DNA from: a virus
Strand: one strand, 5' to 3'
DNA: 64,000 nt
Virus record (IMG/VR): IMGVR_UViG_3300027608_000013
Part shown: one piece after another, positions 49,930 to 60,488 of the stretch
Numbering within the stretch: position 1 is the first letter of the stretch
How the letters are laid out: every line of letters begins with the position of its first letter
Made by a program: the position numbers and the translations under genes
The notes under the pieces: generated by a model
The model's database searches: none
What the model was told of the DNA's origin: nothing
Seen by the model: the letters and a program-made list of their open reading frames with translations, nothing else

Positions 49930-51081
49930 ATGAAAAAACAAATTTTAGGAGAAGTAGCTTACTCGAGTGGAAAAGCTTATATTCGCAATGTAGATGACGG
50001 CACTGATATTACTCATCTATTTAGGCCAATCATGGTTCAACATGCAGTTACTCACAGTGAGATGTTAGCATTTGATCCAGAAACGAATCGCGCAAAACGA
50101 ATCGCCAATGTAAATAATACGGAACATCCACAACCACCAGAACCAGAAATGAGTAAACAAGAGATAGATCCGATAATGCAACTTATTCAAAATTCGCATA
50201 AGATCAAACCAGCAACATTGGAAATGTCTGATATTAAATGGAAGTATTTGGTTCGTTCAGCAGTTAGAGGTAAAAACATAATGATGGTTGGGCCTGCAGG
50301 TTGTGGTAAGACGCAAGCCGCTAAGGAATTGCCTAAGGCAACTAATCGTCCATTCTTTTATTTTAATTTAGGTGCAACTCAAGATCCAAGAGCAACCCTT
50401 ATTGGTAATACGCATTTCAAGGATGGTGAAACAAGTTTTGATGAATCCGCATTTGTCAAAGCAATTCAAACCGAGAATGCAGTTATCTTGTTAGACGAGT
50501 TATCTAGAGCACACCCAGAAGCATGGAACATCTTAATGACAGTACTTGATGAAGGTCAAAGGTATTTGCGTTTGGATGAAGATGTTAATTCACCAACCAT
50601 TCGGGTTGCAGCTAATGTATCCTTTATTGCTACAGCAAACATTGGTACCGAGTATACATCTACCCGCGTATTGGATAGGGCATTGATGGATCGATTTGAA
50701 ATCATTGAAGTTGATATTTTATCTTTATCTCAAGAAGAAGATTTATTAACAAAGCGATTTGCCAATAAAGTTTCCGGATCATTGATTCACGCAGTAGCAG
50801 ATATTGCAGATGCAACCCGTAAAGAATGGAGATCAGAAGAAGGAAAGTTATCCACAATGATATCAACCCGTATGACAGTTAGGATATGTGAATTGTTAGC
50901 AGATGGATTTTCATTGTCAGAAGCCGCAGAGGTATCTGTATTACCGTTCTTTGATGCATCAGGTGGTGCAGACTCAGAAAGAACATTTGTTAAACAAATT
51001 ATACAAAAGCATATTGCAACCGAAATGAAAGACATATTCAATACGGGAGAAGAAGATACAACAGAGGACCACCCGTTTTAA
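49930..51081 (+). CDS. MoxR-family (CbbQ/NirQ/CobS-like) AAA+ ATPase
   Basis: GPAGCGKT, 'LLDELSRA', 'IATAN', 'DRALMDRF', 'STR'. Confidence 0.9.
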   Translation: MKKQILGEVAYSSGKAYIRNVDDGTDITHLFRPIMVQHAVTHSEMLAFDPETNRAKRIANVNNTEHPQPPEPEMSKQEIDPIMQLIQNSHKIKPATLEMSDIKWKYLVRSAVRGKNIMMVGPAGCGKTQAAKELPKATNRPFFYFNLGATQDPRATLIGNTHFKDGETSFDESAFVKAIQTENAVILLDELSRAHPEAWNILMTVLDEGQRYLRLDEDVNSPTIRVAANVSFIATANIGTEYTSTRVLDRALMDRFEIIEVDILSLSQEEDLLTKRFANKVSGSLIHAVADIADATRKEWRSEEGKLSTMISTRMTVRICELLADGFSLSEAAEVSVLPFFDASGGADSERTFVKQIIQKHIATEMKDIFNTGEEDTTEDHPF

Positions 51082-51098
51082 TTTTTCATAGCTCAAAG

Positions 51099-51132
51099 AA
51101 GGGGTAGTAACAATTGTTCTACCTCTTTTTTT
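51099..51132 (+). terminator. Rho-independent terminator-like hairpin
   Basis: AAGGGGTAG...CTACCTCTT followed by a T-run. Confidence 0.6.
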
Positions 51133-51143
51133 ACATTATTCGG

Positions 51144-51172
51144 TTGGATATTACTGAATAATTTCATATAAT
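51144..51172 (+). promoter_or_regulatory. Putative promoter TTGGAT-N17-TATAAT
   Basis: Near-identical to 18798-18826. Confidence 0.7.
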
Positions 51173-51188
51173 ATATAAAAATAAAGAG

Positions 51189-53282
51189 ATGAAAGATTCA
51201 AAAAAAACACATAAACCGGTTTCAATTACTAGATATAGTGCATCTAGCTTTTGGTTAGACCGAGACTTTGATACAAACTTTAAACGTGAAGGAGGCGGTG
51301 TTGATTTAGCTAAATTAGCAGCAGCACAACGAGCTATAGGTAATTTTGTTAATATTGTAACAGGGCAACAAATTCCAGTTATATTTCAAAGTTCTGATTC
51401 AAGCTATACCGATGGTGAGCGAGTTGTTATTGGAACCAAATTGGATGGTAAACATTTTGATCCAGCAGTCGGATTAGCTTTACATGAAGGCTCGCATATT
51501 GCGTTGACTGATTTTGATTTGTTTAAACGAGCAGATGGATATAGTCCAAACGGCCTAGGGAATACAGTATTTGGCGATATAGTAAAGCAACATACTACTC
51601 CGGACAATGTAATGGATTTACGGATGCTAGACAATCAAGATTATGCATTAATTAAAGATTTATTAAATTGGATTGAAGACAGACGCATTGACTTTCATAT
51701 TTACACAACCGCTCCTGGTTATCGAAATTATTATGAAGCAATGTATAATCAATATTTTAATGACAAAGTTATTGATAAAGCATTACTTGCAGGCGAAAAG
51801 TGTGATGAGCTTCGAAATGATTACATGTTTCATATTATTAATTTTACCAATGCTAATAGGAAATTAGATGCATTGACTGAGTTACGAAGCATATGGAACT
51901 TAATTGATATAAAAAAAATCAGTAGATTGAAATCCACAACGGATGCATTGCTATTAGCTTGTCAAGTTTATAAAATTATTGATAAAGCAACCGCGGCAGC
52001 TGAACAAGCAAAGAAAGATGCCGAAACGGCTGATATCTTAAATAAAGCTAATACAGGTAGCGATGACTCGACCGAAGATGAAGAAGGCGAAGGTAATGAC
52101 AGTGGTGGATCGGCAGACGGTGATGAAACTGATAGCAACGGAGATTCTGATATCAATCCTAATGCGTTATCGTATAAAGAGTTAGAAAAATTGCAAAACG
52201 CAATTGACAAGCAACGTGAATTTATAAATGGCAATTCAAAGAAAGCGGGCCGTATAACAAAAAACCAAGCTGCAACCGTTAATGCATTGCGAGAATCGGG
52301 CACAGAAGTCAGAACAATTTCAGCAGACCCAGCATCCGGCATTTTGGATAATTTAGAAACAATTGTTATTAAAAAATTAACACCTGGTATTATATGTTCA
52401 TTACCTCATTTGTTTGAATCTTATTCTAATGAGTTCATCACCGGTAAACGAAATTATCAAGCAGAATCTTATCCATCGCGTGATATTGCAAGGAATGACA
52501 ACGCAGTTACTAAAGGTATTATTTTAGGTAAACAATTGGGTCGCAAATTGCAAGTACGTGATTCTGAAAGATCTCTCAAAACAACACGTTTGCAAACTGG
52601 TAAAATTGATAAGCGTTTAATTTCACAATTAGGTTATGATAATGCAAATGTATTTCATAGAATTGTTACGGATAGATTCAAGAATTATTTTATTCATATT
52701 TCAATTGATGCATCTGGTTCAATGTCAGGTCGAAAGTTTAATAATGCAATTACTTCGGCAGTAGCCGTAGCACAAGCTGCATCAATGACAACCGGAATTC
52801 GCGTACAAATATCTTTGAGAGGTACTCATCATCTAAATACTGGTAAAGAAAAAGCTATTACAATGTATGTATATGATTCAGCTCAAGATAAAATGAGTAA
52901 AATCAAATCATTGTTTAAATATTTGGATACATATGGTTGTACCCCGGAAGGATTGTCATTTAAAAGTATTGAAAAGGATATCAAAAAGGATGCAAAGGGT
53001 GATGAATGTATTTTTATTAATTATTCAGATGGTGAACCGAGTGGTGTTAGTGGCACTAGTAATAGATATGATGGTGTCAAATATACCAAAAAAGTTGTAA
53101 ATGAATTTAAGGCAATGGGTATCAATGTTATTTCATATTTTATTTACGAAGGTTCTATATATGAAAGCACTAGATTGCAGTTTAGAGAAATGTATGGCCC
53201 AGATGCTCAATTCATTGATCCAATCGATATGAATCAAGTATCTAAAACAGTCAATGAAAAGTTCTTGGAAATGTTAGATTAA
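51189..53282 (+). CDS. CobT-like VWA partner protein with N-terminal HExxH domain
   Basis: 'LHEGSH..NWIED.RI'; acidic linker; MIDAS 'IDASGSM', 'TPE', 'SDGEP'. Confidence 0.85.
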   Translation: MKDSKKTHKPVSITRYSASSFWLDRDFDTNFKREGGGVDLAKLAAAQRAIGNFVNIVTGQQIPVIFQSSDSSYTDGERVVIGTKLDGKHFDPAVGLALHEGSHIALTDFDLFKRADGYSPNGLGNTVFGDIVKQHTTPDNVMDLRMLDNQDYALIKDLLNWIEDRRIDFHIYTTAPGYRNYYEAMYNQYFNDKVIDKALLAGEKCDELRNDYMFHIINFTNANRKLDALTELRSIWNLIDIKKISRLKSTTDALLLACQVYKIIDKATAAAEQAKKDAETADILNKANTGSDDSTEDEEGEGNDSGGSADGDETDSNGDSDINPNALSYKELEKLQNAIDKQREFINGNSKKAGRITKNQAATVNALRESGTEVRTISADPASGILDNLETIVIKKLTPGIICSLPHLFESYSNEFITGKRNYQAESYPSRDIARNDNAVTKGIILGKQLGRKLQVRDSERSLKTTRLQTGKIDKRLISQLGYDNANVFHRIVTDRFKNYFIHISIDASGSMSGRKFNNAITSAVAVAQAASMTTGIRVQISLRGTHHLNTGKEKAITMYVYDSAQDKMSKIKSLFKYLDTYGCTPEGLSFKSIEKDIKKDAKGDECIFINYSDGEPSGVSGTSNRYDGVKYTKKVVNEFKAMGINVISYFIYEGSIYESTRLQFREMYGPDAQFIDPIDMNQVSKTVNEKFLEMLD

Positions 53283-53312
53283 TTCATTAATATATTTATA
53301 TAAAAGTTATAA

Positions 53313-54943
<1,631 letters not shown>

Positions 54944-54944
<1 letters not shown>

Positions 54945-55156
54945 TGACACCATTATATTATCATAACAACGAAGCATACCAAGTTAAAAGGGGCGTTTTG
55001 ATTCATCATTTCGCTCCTACCTTAGAAGATCAACCGAACATGGAGTATGTGCAACTGTATAGAGATTGGGTTGGAGCAGATCATGTATTGAGAACTGCAA
55101 CCCATTTTCTTTTTTGTGAAACTGTACCAACAGTCGACTTTGAAACAATTGAATAA
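54944..55156 (+). CDS. Hypothetical protein
   Basis: Coupled to groEL. Confidence 0.5.
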
Positions 55157-55172
55157 TTTCATATAATATAGT

Positions 55173-55424
55173 ATGACAGAAAAAGAATTAGAATCATTAG
55201 GATTTACGAAAGATGTATATGGTGATTTCGATGGAGAATGGCACTATTACTCATTGCAACTTGCATCCGGGTTTGGATTCATATCATGTGCAAACAACCA
55301 AGTAGGCGAAGGCGGTCAATGGTTTGTTGAGTTCTTTGATTCAGATCCACTCATAAGATTTACGGAATTTAGTGAAGTTCAATCATTGATCAATTTAATT
55401 AAAAGTAGAATTGTAAATGAATAA
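55173..55424 (+). CDS. Hypothetical protein
   Basis: Follows a promoter motif. Confidence 0.55.
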   Translation: MTEKELESLGFTKDVYGDFDGEWHYYSLQLASGFGFISCANNQVGEGGQWFVEFFDSDPLIRFTEFSEVQSLINLIKSRIVNE

Positions 55425-56241
55425 AATATATAAGATATTCAAACAACATCGACGCCAACTATTATTCATCTATATATTCATGCTCATTGCTGAGCTGTCT
55501 AATTTAGCAACACCGTTTCTGCTTGGTAAAAGCATTGATGGCTTGATAAACGGAACCTGGGAATGGTTAGTATTGTTAGGCGGATCATATTTTCTATCTA
55601 CGTTTTTTAACTATAAGCGAATGGTGTATGATACCAAAGTGTACACGCTAATATACAACAATATCGTGTTTCGATTTCTTCGGCAACCGCAACATGACAC
55701 GTCCACTAAAATTGCTAGAACAGATATGGCACACGACATCGTTAATGTACTAGAAGGATATGTGCATTATTATATTGCAACCATTGTTACAATTATAGGA
55801 TCCATTGGGTTTATTTATTCAGAAAATTGGCAAGTTGGGGTGTTGGTTAGCATTGCATTTGTGTTTATACTTGCAGCTGTAACAATATCGTACGGCAAAA
55901 TAAAACAGGCAATCAAACTTAGGAACACTCATCATGAACGTAAAGGGGACGCTATACAATCCGGATATGCTGCATCAGTATTGTTTTTTAACCGCCGGAG
56001 ACAGTTAGATATATTTGCATCAACCCTGCAGGGTAAGAGTTGGTTCCTCATCATGATGATTAAAAACATATTTTTATTTATTGCTATAATATTGTTAGTA
56101 CTCACAACTCAACATGTTACGATAGGTAACGTGATCACGGTATACTCGTATGTGAACAATTTTCTTATCGCATTGCTGTCAGTACCAGTAGCAGTAGAAA
56201 TGTACACCCGATTAAGTGACATATTAAAACGAATACATTAA
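55417..56241 (+). CDS. Stand-alone ABC-transporter six-TM membrane domain
   Basis: 'PFLLGKSIDGL', 'RMVYDTKVY', six TM pattern; no ATPase domain. Confidence 0.7.
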   Translation: MNKIYKIFKQHRRQLLFIYIFMLIAELSNLATPFLLGKSIDGLINGTWEWLVLLGGSYFLSTFFNYKRMVYDTKVYTLIYNNIVFRFLRQPQHDTSTKIARTDMAHDIVNVLEGYVHYYIATIVTIIGSIGFIYSENWQVGVLVSIAFVFILAAVTISYGKIKQAIKLRNTHHERKGDAIQSGYAASVLFFNRRRQLDIFASTLQGKSWFLIMMIKNIFLFIAIILLVLTTQHVTIGNVITVYSYVNNFLIALLSVPVAVEMYTRLSDILKRIH

Positions 56242-56244
56242 CCA

Positions 56245-56466
56245 ATGACAGTAAGTGAATTAATAGAACAACTAAGTAAATTAGATCCAGAGTTACGAGT
56301 ATTCCGGCCTGGATATGAAGGTGGTTTTGCTGATGTAACAATTTCAGAACCAGAATCATTTTGTTTGGATGTATATGCCGAATGGTGGATGGGCGCCCAT
56401 GAATATGCTAAATTTCTTAAGGGTGAAGAATCAGAATATAAACAAGTAAACGGAATAGTGTTATGA
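56245..56466 (+). CDS. Hypothetical phage protein
   Basis: 'MTVSELIEQLSKLDPE..V..GYEGG..D'. Confidence 0.6.
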   Translation: MTVSELIEQLSKLDPELRVFRPGYEGGFADVTISEPESFCLDVYAEWWMGAHEYAKFLKGEESEYKQVNGIVL

Positions 56467-56621
56467 CACAAGAAGAAATGGTAAAAATAATGAATGTGCA
56501 ACGAGAGCTAATTGACTTGCTATATGGTCAAGTTGTGGATTTATCCATGATGTCTAAAATTGAATTGGGTGATGATGTAATTGCTGAAATACAACGATTA
56601 AAATCAATTATCAATGAATAG
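56463..56621 (+). CDS. 52-aa hypothetical protein (not in ORF track)
   Basis: MTQEEMVK...KSIINE; overlaps both neighbours. Confidence 0.5.
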   Translation: MTQEEMVKIMNVQRELIDLLYGQVVDLSMMSKIELGDDVIAEIQRLKSIINE

Positions 56622-57699
56622 CTTAGATAAACAGTATCAAGAACTCCTATTTGACATCATTGAACGTGGTGTTGATAAAGATACTAGAAATGGAAAAACA
56701 CGTTCTATGTTTGGTAGACAGATACGACACAAGATGAAAGAGGGCTTTCCATTGCTCACAACAAAGAAGATGTATTGGAAAGGTATCGTAACAGAATTGC
56801 TCTGGTTCCTACGTGGTGATACAAACATTAAATACCTTGTTGATAATGGTTGTAACATATGGACAGGTGATGCTTATAAAAAATATCTAGACCAGTTTAC
56901 GGGATATGAAGATGTTCCAAATCAAGAAGAGTTTATTCAATTTATCAAAACAGATTTTAAATTTGCTGAGCGTTGGGGTGATTTAGGTCCAATCTATGGT
57001 AAGCAGTGGAGAAGTTGGAAACAATTTAAGACTATTCACGTTGATGAATTAGATAAAACGGAAGGTATCTATAAAATACATTCAACAGAGTTCACACACA
57101 CAGACCAAATCGCAAACCTTATCAACGACCTTAAAACAAACCCAGACTCAAGACGATTAATGGTTAATGCATGGAATGTAGGTGAATTGGATTCAATGAC
57201 ACTTCCACCTTGCCATTATGGATTTCAAGTTTATACAAGAGAGTTAAGTAATTATGAAAGAAATAAAATAGCAAACTTATCAACCCATGACTATCTATCA
57301 GATAAAATCTTAGACGAACACAACATCCCAACCAGAGCAATCTCTTTAATGTGGAATCAACGTTCAGTAGATGTGCCATTAGGTCTTCCTTTCAATATTG
57401 CATCTTACGGCCTGCTACTTGAAATACTAGCTCAAATGACCAATATGGTTCCTGATGAATTGATTGGTAACTTAGGTAACTGTCATATCTATGAAAATCA
57501 ATTGGAGGGTTGCAGACAACAAATACCAAGAGAGTCATTTGCATTGCCTAAACTTCGTATTAACACAGAGTTTTGGGCTACTTCTAATGATGTTGCTGTA
57601 TATACTTTAGATACCGAAATATTTTCAATGCTTATAGAAGATTTTCAAATTGAAGGCTATGAATCGCATCCAGCAATTAAATTTCCATTATCTAATTAA
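56614..57699 (+). CDS. thyA: Thymidylate synthase
   Basis: 'GFPLLTTKK', 'ELLWFLRG', 'LPPCH', 'QRSVD..LGLPFNIASY', 'HIYENQ'. Confidence 0.96.
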   Translation: MNSLDKQYQELLFDIIERGVDKDTRNGKTRSMFGRQIRHKMKEGFPLLTTKKMYWKGIVTELLWFLRGDTNIKYLVDNGCNIWTGDAYKKYLDQFTGYEDVPNQEEFIQFIKTDFKFAERWGDLGPIYGKQWRSWKQFKTIHVDELDKTEGIYKIHSTEFTHTDQIANLINDLKTNPDSRRLMVNAWNVGELDSMTLPPCHYGFQVYTRELSNYERNKIANLSTHDYLSDKILDEHNIPTRAISLMWNQRSVDVPLGLPFNIASYGLLLEILAQMTNMVPDELIGNLGNCHIYENQLEGCRQQIPRESFALPKLRINTEFWATSNDVAVYTLDTEIFSMLIEDFQIEGYESHPAIKFPLSN

Positions 57700-57716
57700 C
57701 TTGTATATTTATTAAT

Positions 57717-58304
57717 ATGAAGTTGTTATTAGTTATATTATTGTTTTGCGGTTATGCCTATTCACAGTGCGCGGGTACACAATCATTTACTTTAACTCCG
57801 GCACCCACAGCAGGAACATATCTCCCGGGACAGACTGTAACATTGTGTTATACGATGACAGGATATACACAAGCAGGTACCAATTGGATTGATGGTTTTG
57901 ATTTAACAATAGGAACAGGTTGGACATCTGTTACTCCGCAAACCGCACCAGCAAATTGTGGTGGCAATGGAACGGGAGGACAGTGGGTATGGAAGACTTC
58001 TGTAACATCTGTTGCAACACCAATACAAACAGTAGGCCCTGGTTACTTTTTTGATTTAACGGTAGATGGCAATCCGGGAAATGATTTTGGTGATTCGGGA
58101 TCATGTACATGGACATTTTGTGTAACACTTGTAGTAGCCAATTCATGTACACCTCAAAGTTTACTGTTACAAGTGACTGCCGGCCCGGATGGCTTATGGG
58201 GAAGTTATAACAGTAATAGTTGTGATGCAGTAACACCATTCACAATATTCAATGGAACAATTAACGCCGCACCGATTACATTGAGTGCAATACAACACAA
58301 TTAA
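57717..58304 (+). CDS. Secreted Cys/Thr/Gly-rich protein ending LSAIQHN
   Basis: Signal peptide 'AYSQ'; beta-rich. Confidence 0.7.
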   Translation: MKLLLVILLFCGYAYSQCAGTQSFTLTPAPTAGTYLPGQTVTLCYTMTGYTQAGTNWIDGFDLTIGTGWTSVTPQTAPANCGGNGTGGQWVWKTSVTSVATPIQTVGPGYFFDLTVDGNPGNDFGDSGSCTWTFCVTLVVANSCTPQSLLLQVTAGPDGLWGSYNSNSCDAVTPFTIFNGTINAAPITLSAIQHN

Positions 58305-58318
58305 AAAAAAGGAACACT

Positions 58319-58876
58319 ATGAAAAAACTATTATTATTTGTCGGATTGCTAATTAGTAGCATCGCAACAGCCCAATTAACAACAACAAACCCAGATACCG
58401 TTTGTTATCAAACCACAGCATTATCTACTTATACAGTACCATCGGTAGGCACCGGAACATATACTTGGACAGTGCCGGCTTGTGCAACACTAGTGTCAGG
58501 TCAAGGAACCAATTTAATATCTGTCAATTGGTCAGCTTGTCCTCCCGGATTGATTAACAATGCAATCACAGTTGCATATACAAGTACAGCAGGATGTCCA
58601 GCAACACCAGTAACACTCAATGTATTAATTTATCAGGTTGTTCCTGTGATAACTCCAGTAGGGCCATTTTGTGCTGGTGCACCATGTGTAACATTAGCAG
58701 CAACTCCAACGGGTGGTGTATGGTCTGGTACGGGTGTATCAGGCAATCAATTTTGCCCGGGTATCACAAATAGTTTAATAACATATACATATACACAATC
58801 AGGTTGCACGTTCTCTGCCAACACAGGTGCAGTGATTAATCCAACGCCAGTATTATCCCCAATACAGCACAATTAA
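58319..58876 (+). CDS. Secreted PKD/Ig-like protein ending LSPIQHN
   Basis: Signal peptide 'ATAQ'; 'YTW.VP..SGQGT..I.VNW', 'GG.WSG.GV' repeats. Confidence 0.7.
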   Translation: MKKLLLFVGLLISSIATAQLTTTNPDTVCYQTTALSTYTVPSVGTGTYTWTVPACATLVSGQGTNLISVNWSACPPGLINNAITVAYTSTAGCPATPVTLNVLIYQVVPVITPVGPFCAGAPCVTLAATPTGGVWSGTGVSGNQFCPGITNSLITYTYTQSGCTFSANTGAVINPTPVLSPIQHN

Positions 58877-59439
58877 TGAAGTTGCTTAGATACATAGCAT
58901 TCTTGATGCCGTTTGTTGCAATCTCGCAGCAGACCGTGGAAATATGTGGCGATACGAAGACATTTAACTATTCTACGACGTCGGATATTGCTAGCACTAT
59001 AGAATGGTATGTAAATGGGGCATATTATTATGGAGAAGAGATTATCATAACATGGTCGCAGCCTGGAACATATACACTCACTGCAACGGCAACGGCAGAC
59101 GGCTGTCCTAGCACACTACAAACATATACAGTAACAGTTACGGAATGTGATCCATTAGTATACTTTGTCCCTAATACATTTACTCCGAATGGCGATGAAC
59201 ACAATATATTGTGGGGGCCGGTATTCAATGGACCATATGACCGAATGGATTATCATTTATCCATATTTAATCGATGGGGCAATTTGATTTGGGAAAGTTG
59301 GGATGCTGCAGCTCGGTGGGATGGAACCTATGATAATCGCAAAGTTACTGATGGCGTTTTCACTTGGGTTATTGATTTTGGTATATTAGATACCGATGAA
59401 CGCAGATTGATTGGCGGATACGTAACAATTCTCAGATAA
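58876..59439 (+). CDS. Secreted protein with T9SS type B (gliding-motility-associated) C-terminal domain
   Basis: 'VPNTFTPNGD..N', 'IFNRWG..I.ES', 'WDGTY', 'DGVF.W.I', 'GYVTILR'. Confidence 0.85.
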   Translation: MKLLRYIAFLMPFVAISQQTVEICGDTKTFNYSTTSDIASTIEWYVNGAYYYGEEIIITWSQPGTYTLTATATADGCPSTLQTYTVTVTECDPLVYFVPNTFTPNGDEHNILWGPVFNGPYDRMDYHLSIFNRWGNLIWESWDAAARWDGTYDNRKVTDGVFTWVIDFGILDTDERRLIGGYVTILR

Positions 59440-59501
59440 AGTTTTGCAAACGGTTGGATATTTATTGTTTATTTATTATATTATTAGTATAAAAAATAAA
59501 G

Positions 59502-59657
59502 ATGGAAATAATTCAATTAAATTCAGAAACATTCAAACTAGTTAATCTTAGTAATGATACCGTATTATATACCGGCAGTTTAGAAGATTGCCAAATAGTA
59601 ATGTATGCAGGGGAAGATGCTCGATTACAAGAAGAATTTGTCTTAATGATGAGTTGA
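59502..59657 (+). CDS. 51-aa hypothetical protein (not in ORF track)
   Basis: MEIIQLNSETF...; preceded by a TTGGAT promoter-like motif. Confidence 0.45.
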   Translation: MEIIQLNSETFKLVNLSNDTVLYTGSLEDCQIVMYAGEDARLQEEFVLMMS

Positions 59658-59661
59658 TACA

Positions 59662-59735
59662 TGTTCCGTTAGTGTAATTGGCAACACGTCTGTTTTTGGT
59701 GCAGAAGAGTCGAGGTTCGAAACCTTGTGGGACAA
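59662..59735 (+). tRNA. tRNA-Gln (TTG)
   Basis: Acceptor TGTTCCG/TGGGACA, D-arm GTGT..ACAC, anticodon stem TCTGT/GCAGA with loop TTTTGGT, T-loop GTTCGAAA. Confidence 0.85.
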
Positions 59736-59740
59736 CATCG

Positions 59741-59897
59741 GTTACTTGATTCCTGGTAGTAGAGTAACAACCATTGGGGTATTCGGGACAACCCACGAAT
59801 GGTGGCGCAAGCTAAGAGATACTTGCAATGGTAGAGTGCCAAATACAAAGAAACGAGACGTAAGGGTGATCTTGCGTTGGTTGACAAATCTCTACCA
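59741..59897 (+). ncRNA. Unidentified multi-stem structured RNA between tRNAs
   Basis: Five or more stems visible, including a 9-bp stem (with G-U pairs) capped by a GUGA (GNRA) tetraloop. Confidence 0.6.
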
Positions 59898-59901
59898 ACA
59901 T

Positions 59902-59988
59902 AGTCAGGTAGCTCAGTGGATTAGAGCATGATATGCTGTAACCAATCAGGATTTTCAGAGGTCACAGGTTCGAATCCTGTCCTGACTA
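59902..59988 (+). tRNA. Atypical tRNA or tRNA-like RNA (possible Tyr-GTA with bulged anticodon stem)
   Basis: Acceptor AGTCAGG/CCTGACT, D-arm GCTC/GAGC, T-arm ACAGG-TTCGAAT-CCTGT; irregular anticodon arm around CTGTAAC and a long variable region. Confidence 0.6.
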
Positions 59989-60217
59989 CAAAATTTTTAA
60001 ATTATGATTTTAGACACTAAACTTAGAAAGTTTGCAGAAGAAACAACTGACATGCTTTATAATATTTACTATGAACAAATATTAAATGGTGAAATATCTC
60101 CAGATATACAAAAAGAAGAATATTCTTCTATTGTTGATGATACTATTAACTATTTTTTAAGAATTGAGGAGTATGAAAAGTGTTTAGAATTACAGGTTCG
60201 AATCCTGTCCTGACTAC
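59964..60217 (+). repeat. 26-bp direct repeat of the tRNA 3' end flanking a small ORF
   Basis: ACAGGTTCGAATCCTGTCCTGACTAC at 59964-59989 and 60192-60217. Confidence 0.9.
60004..60213 (+). CDS. Hypothetical protein with 'EEYEKC' UVR-like motif
   Basis: ORF between the direct repeats; its stop codon lies within the second repeat. Confidence 0.5.
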   Translation: MILDTKLRKFAEETTDMLYNIYYEQILNGEISPDIQKEEYSSIVDDTINYFLRIEEYEKCLELQVRILS

Positions 60218-60229
60218 GCAAAAAACATT

Positions 60230-60405
60230 GGATGGAGTTTCCTTACCTCAACGGAGATAGGTTTTACAAGTTCATATGGGGGATTAGCTCAGATGGCTAG
60301 AGCACCTGCCTTGCACGCAGGGGGTCAACGGTTCGAATCCGTTATCCTCCACCAGCAAAAAAAACACGGGATGTAGTTTCCTTACCTCAACAGAGATGGG
60401 GTTTT
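60230..60405 (+). repeat. Two copies of a ~36-nt tRNA-trailer motif
   Basis: Shared core AGTTTCCTTACCTCAAC at 60236-60252 and 60375-60391. Confidence 0.8.
60278..60354 (+). tRNA. tRNA-Ala (TGC) with encoded CCA
   Basis: GGGGGAT/ATCCTCC acceptor with G3-U70, anticodon stem CCTGC/GCAGG, loop CTTGCAC, 3' ACCA. Confidence 0.95.
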
Positions 60406-60488
60406 GAAGTCCGGATATTTATACATAACAGTACCTACCACGCTACCCATTAGAACAGCGTCCCAGGGTAGGTCTTTTAAAAGAATAC

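Noticed and set aside
59669-59931. ORFs 59669-59887 (-) and 59725-59931 (+)
   Set aside because: They overlap tRNAs and the structured RNA and are most likely spurious.
60230-60405. Mini CRISPR array (with the Cas4-like nuclease at 18832)
   Set aside because: There are only two imperfect copies, separated by a tRNA. The nuclease is a common stand-alone phage PD-(D/E)XK gene with no cas neighbours.
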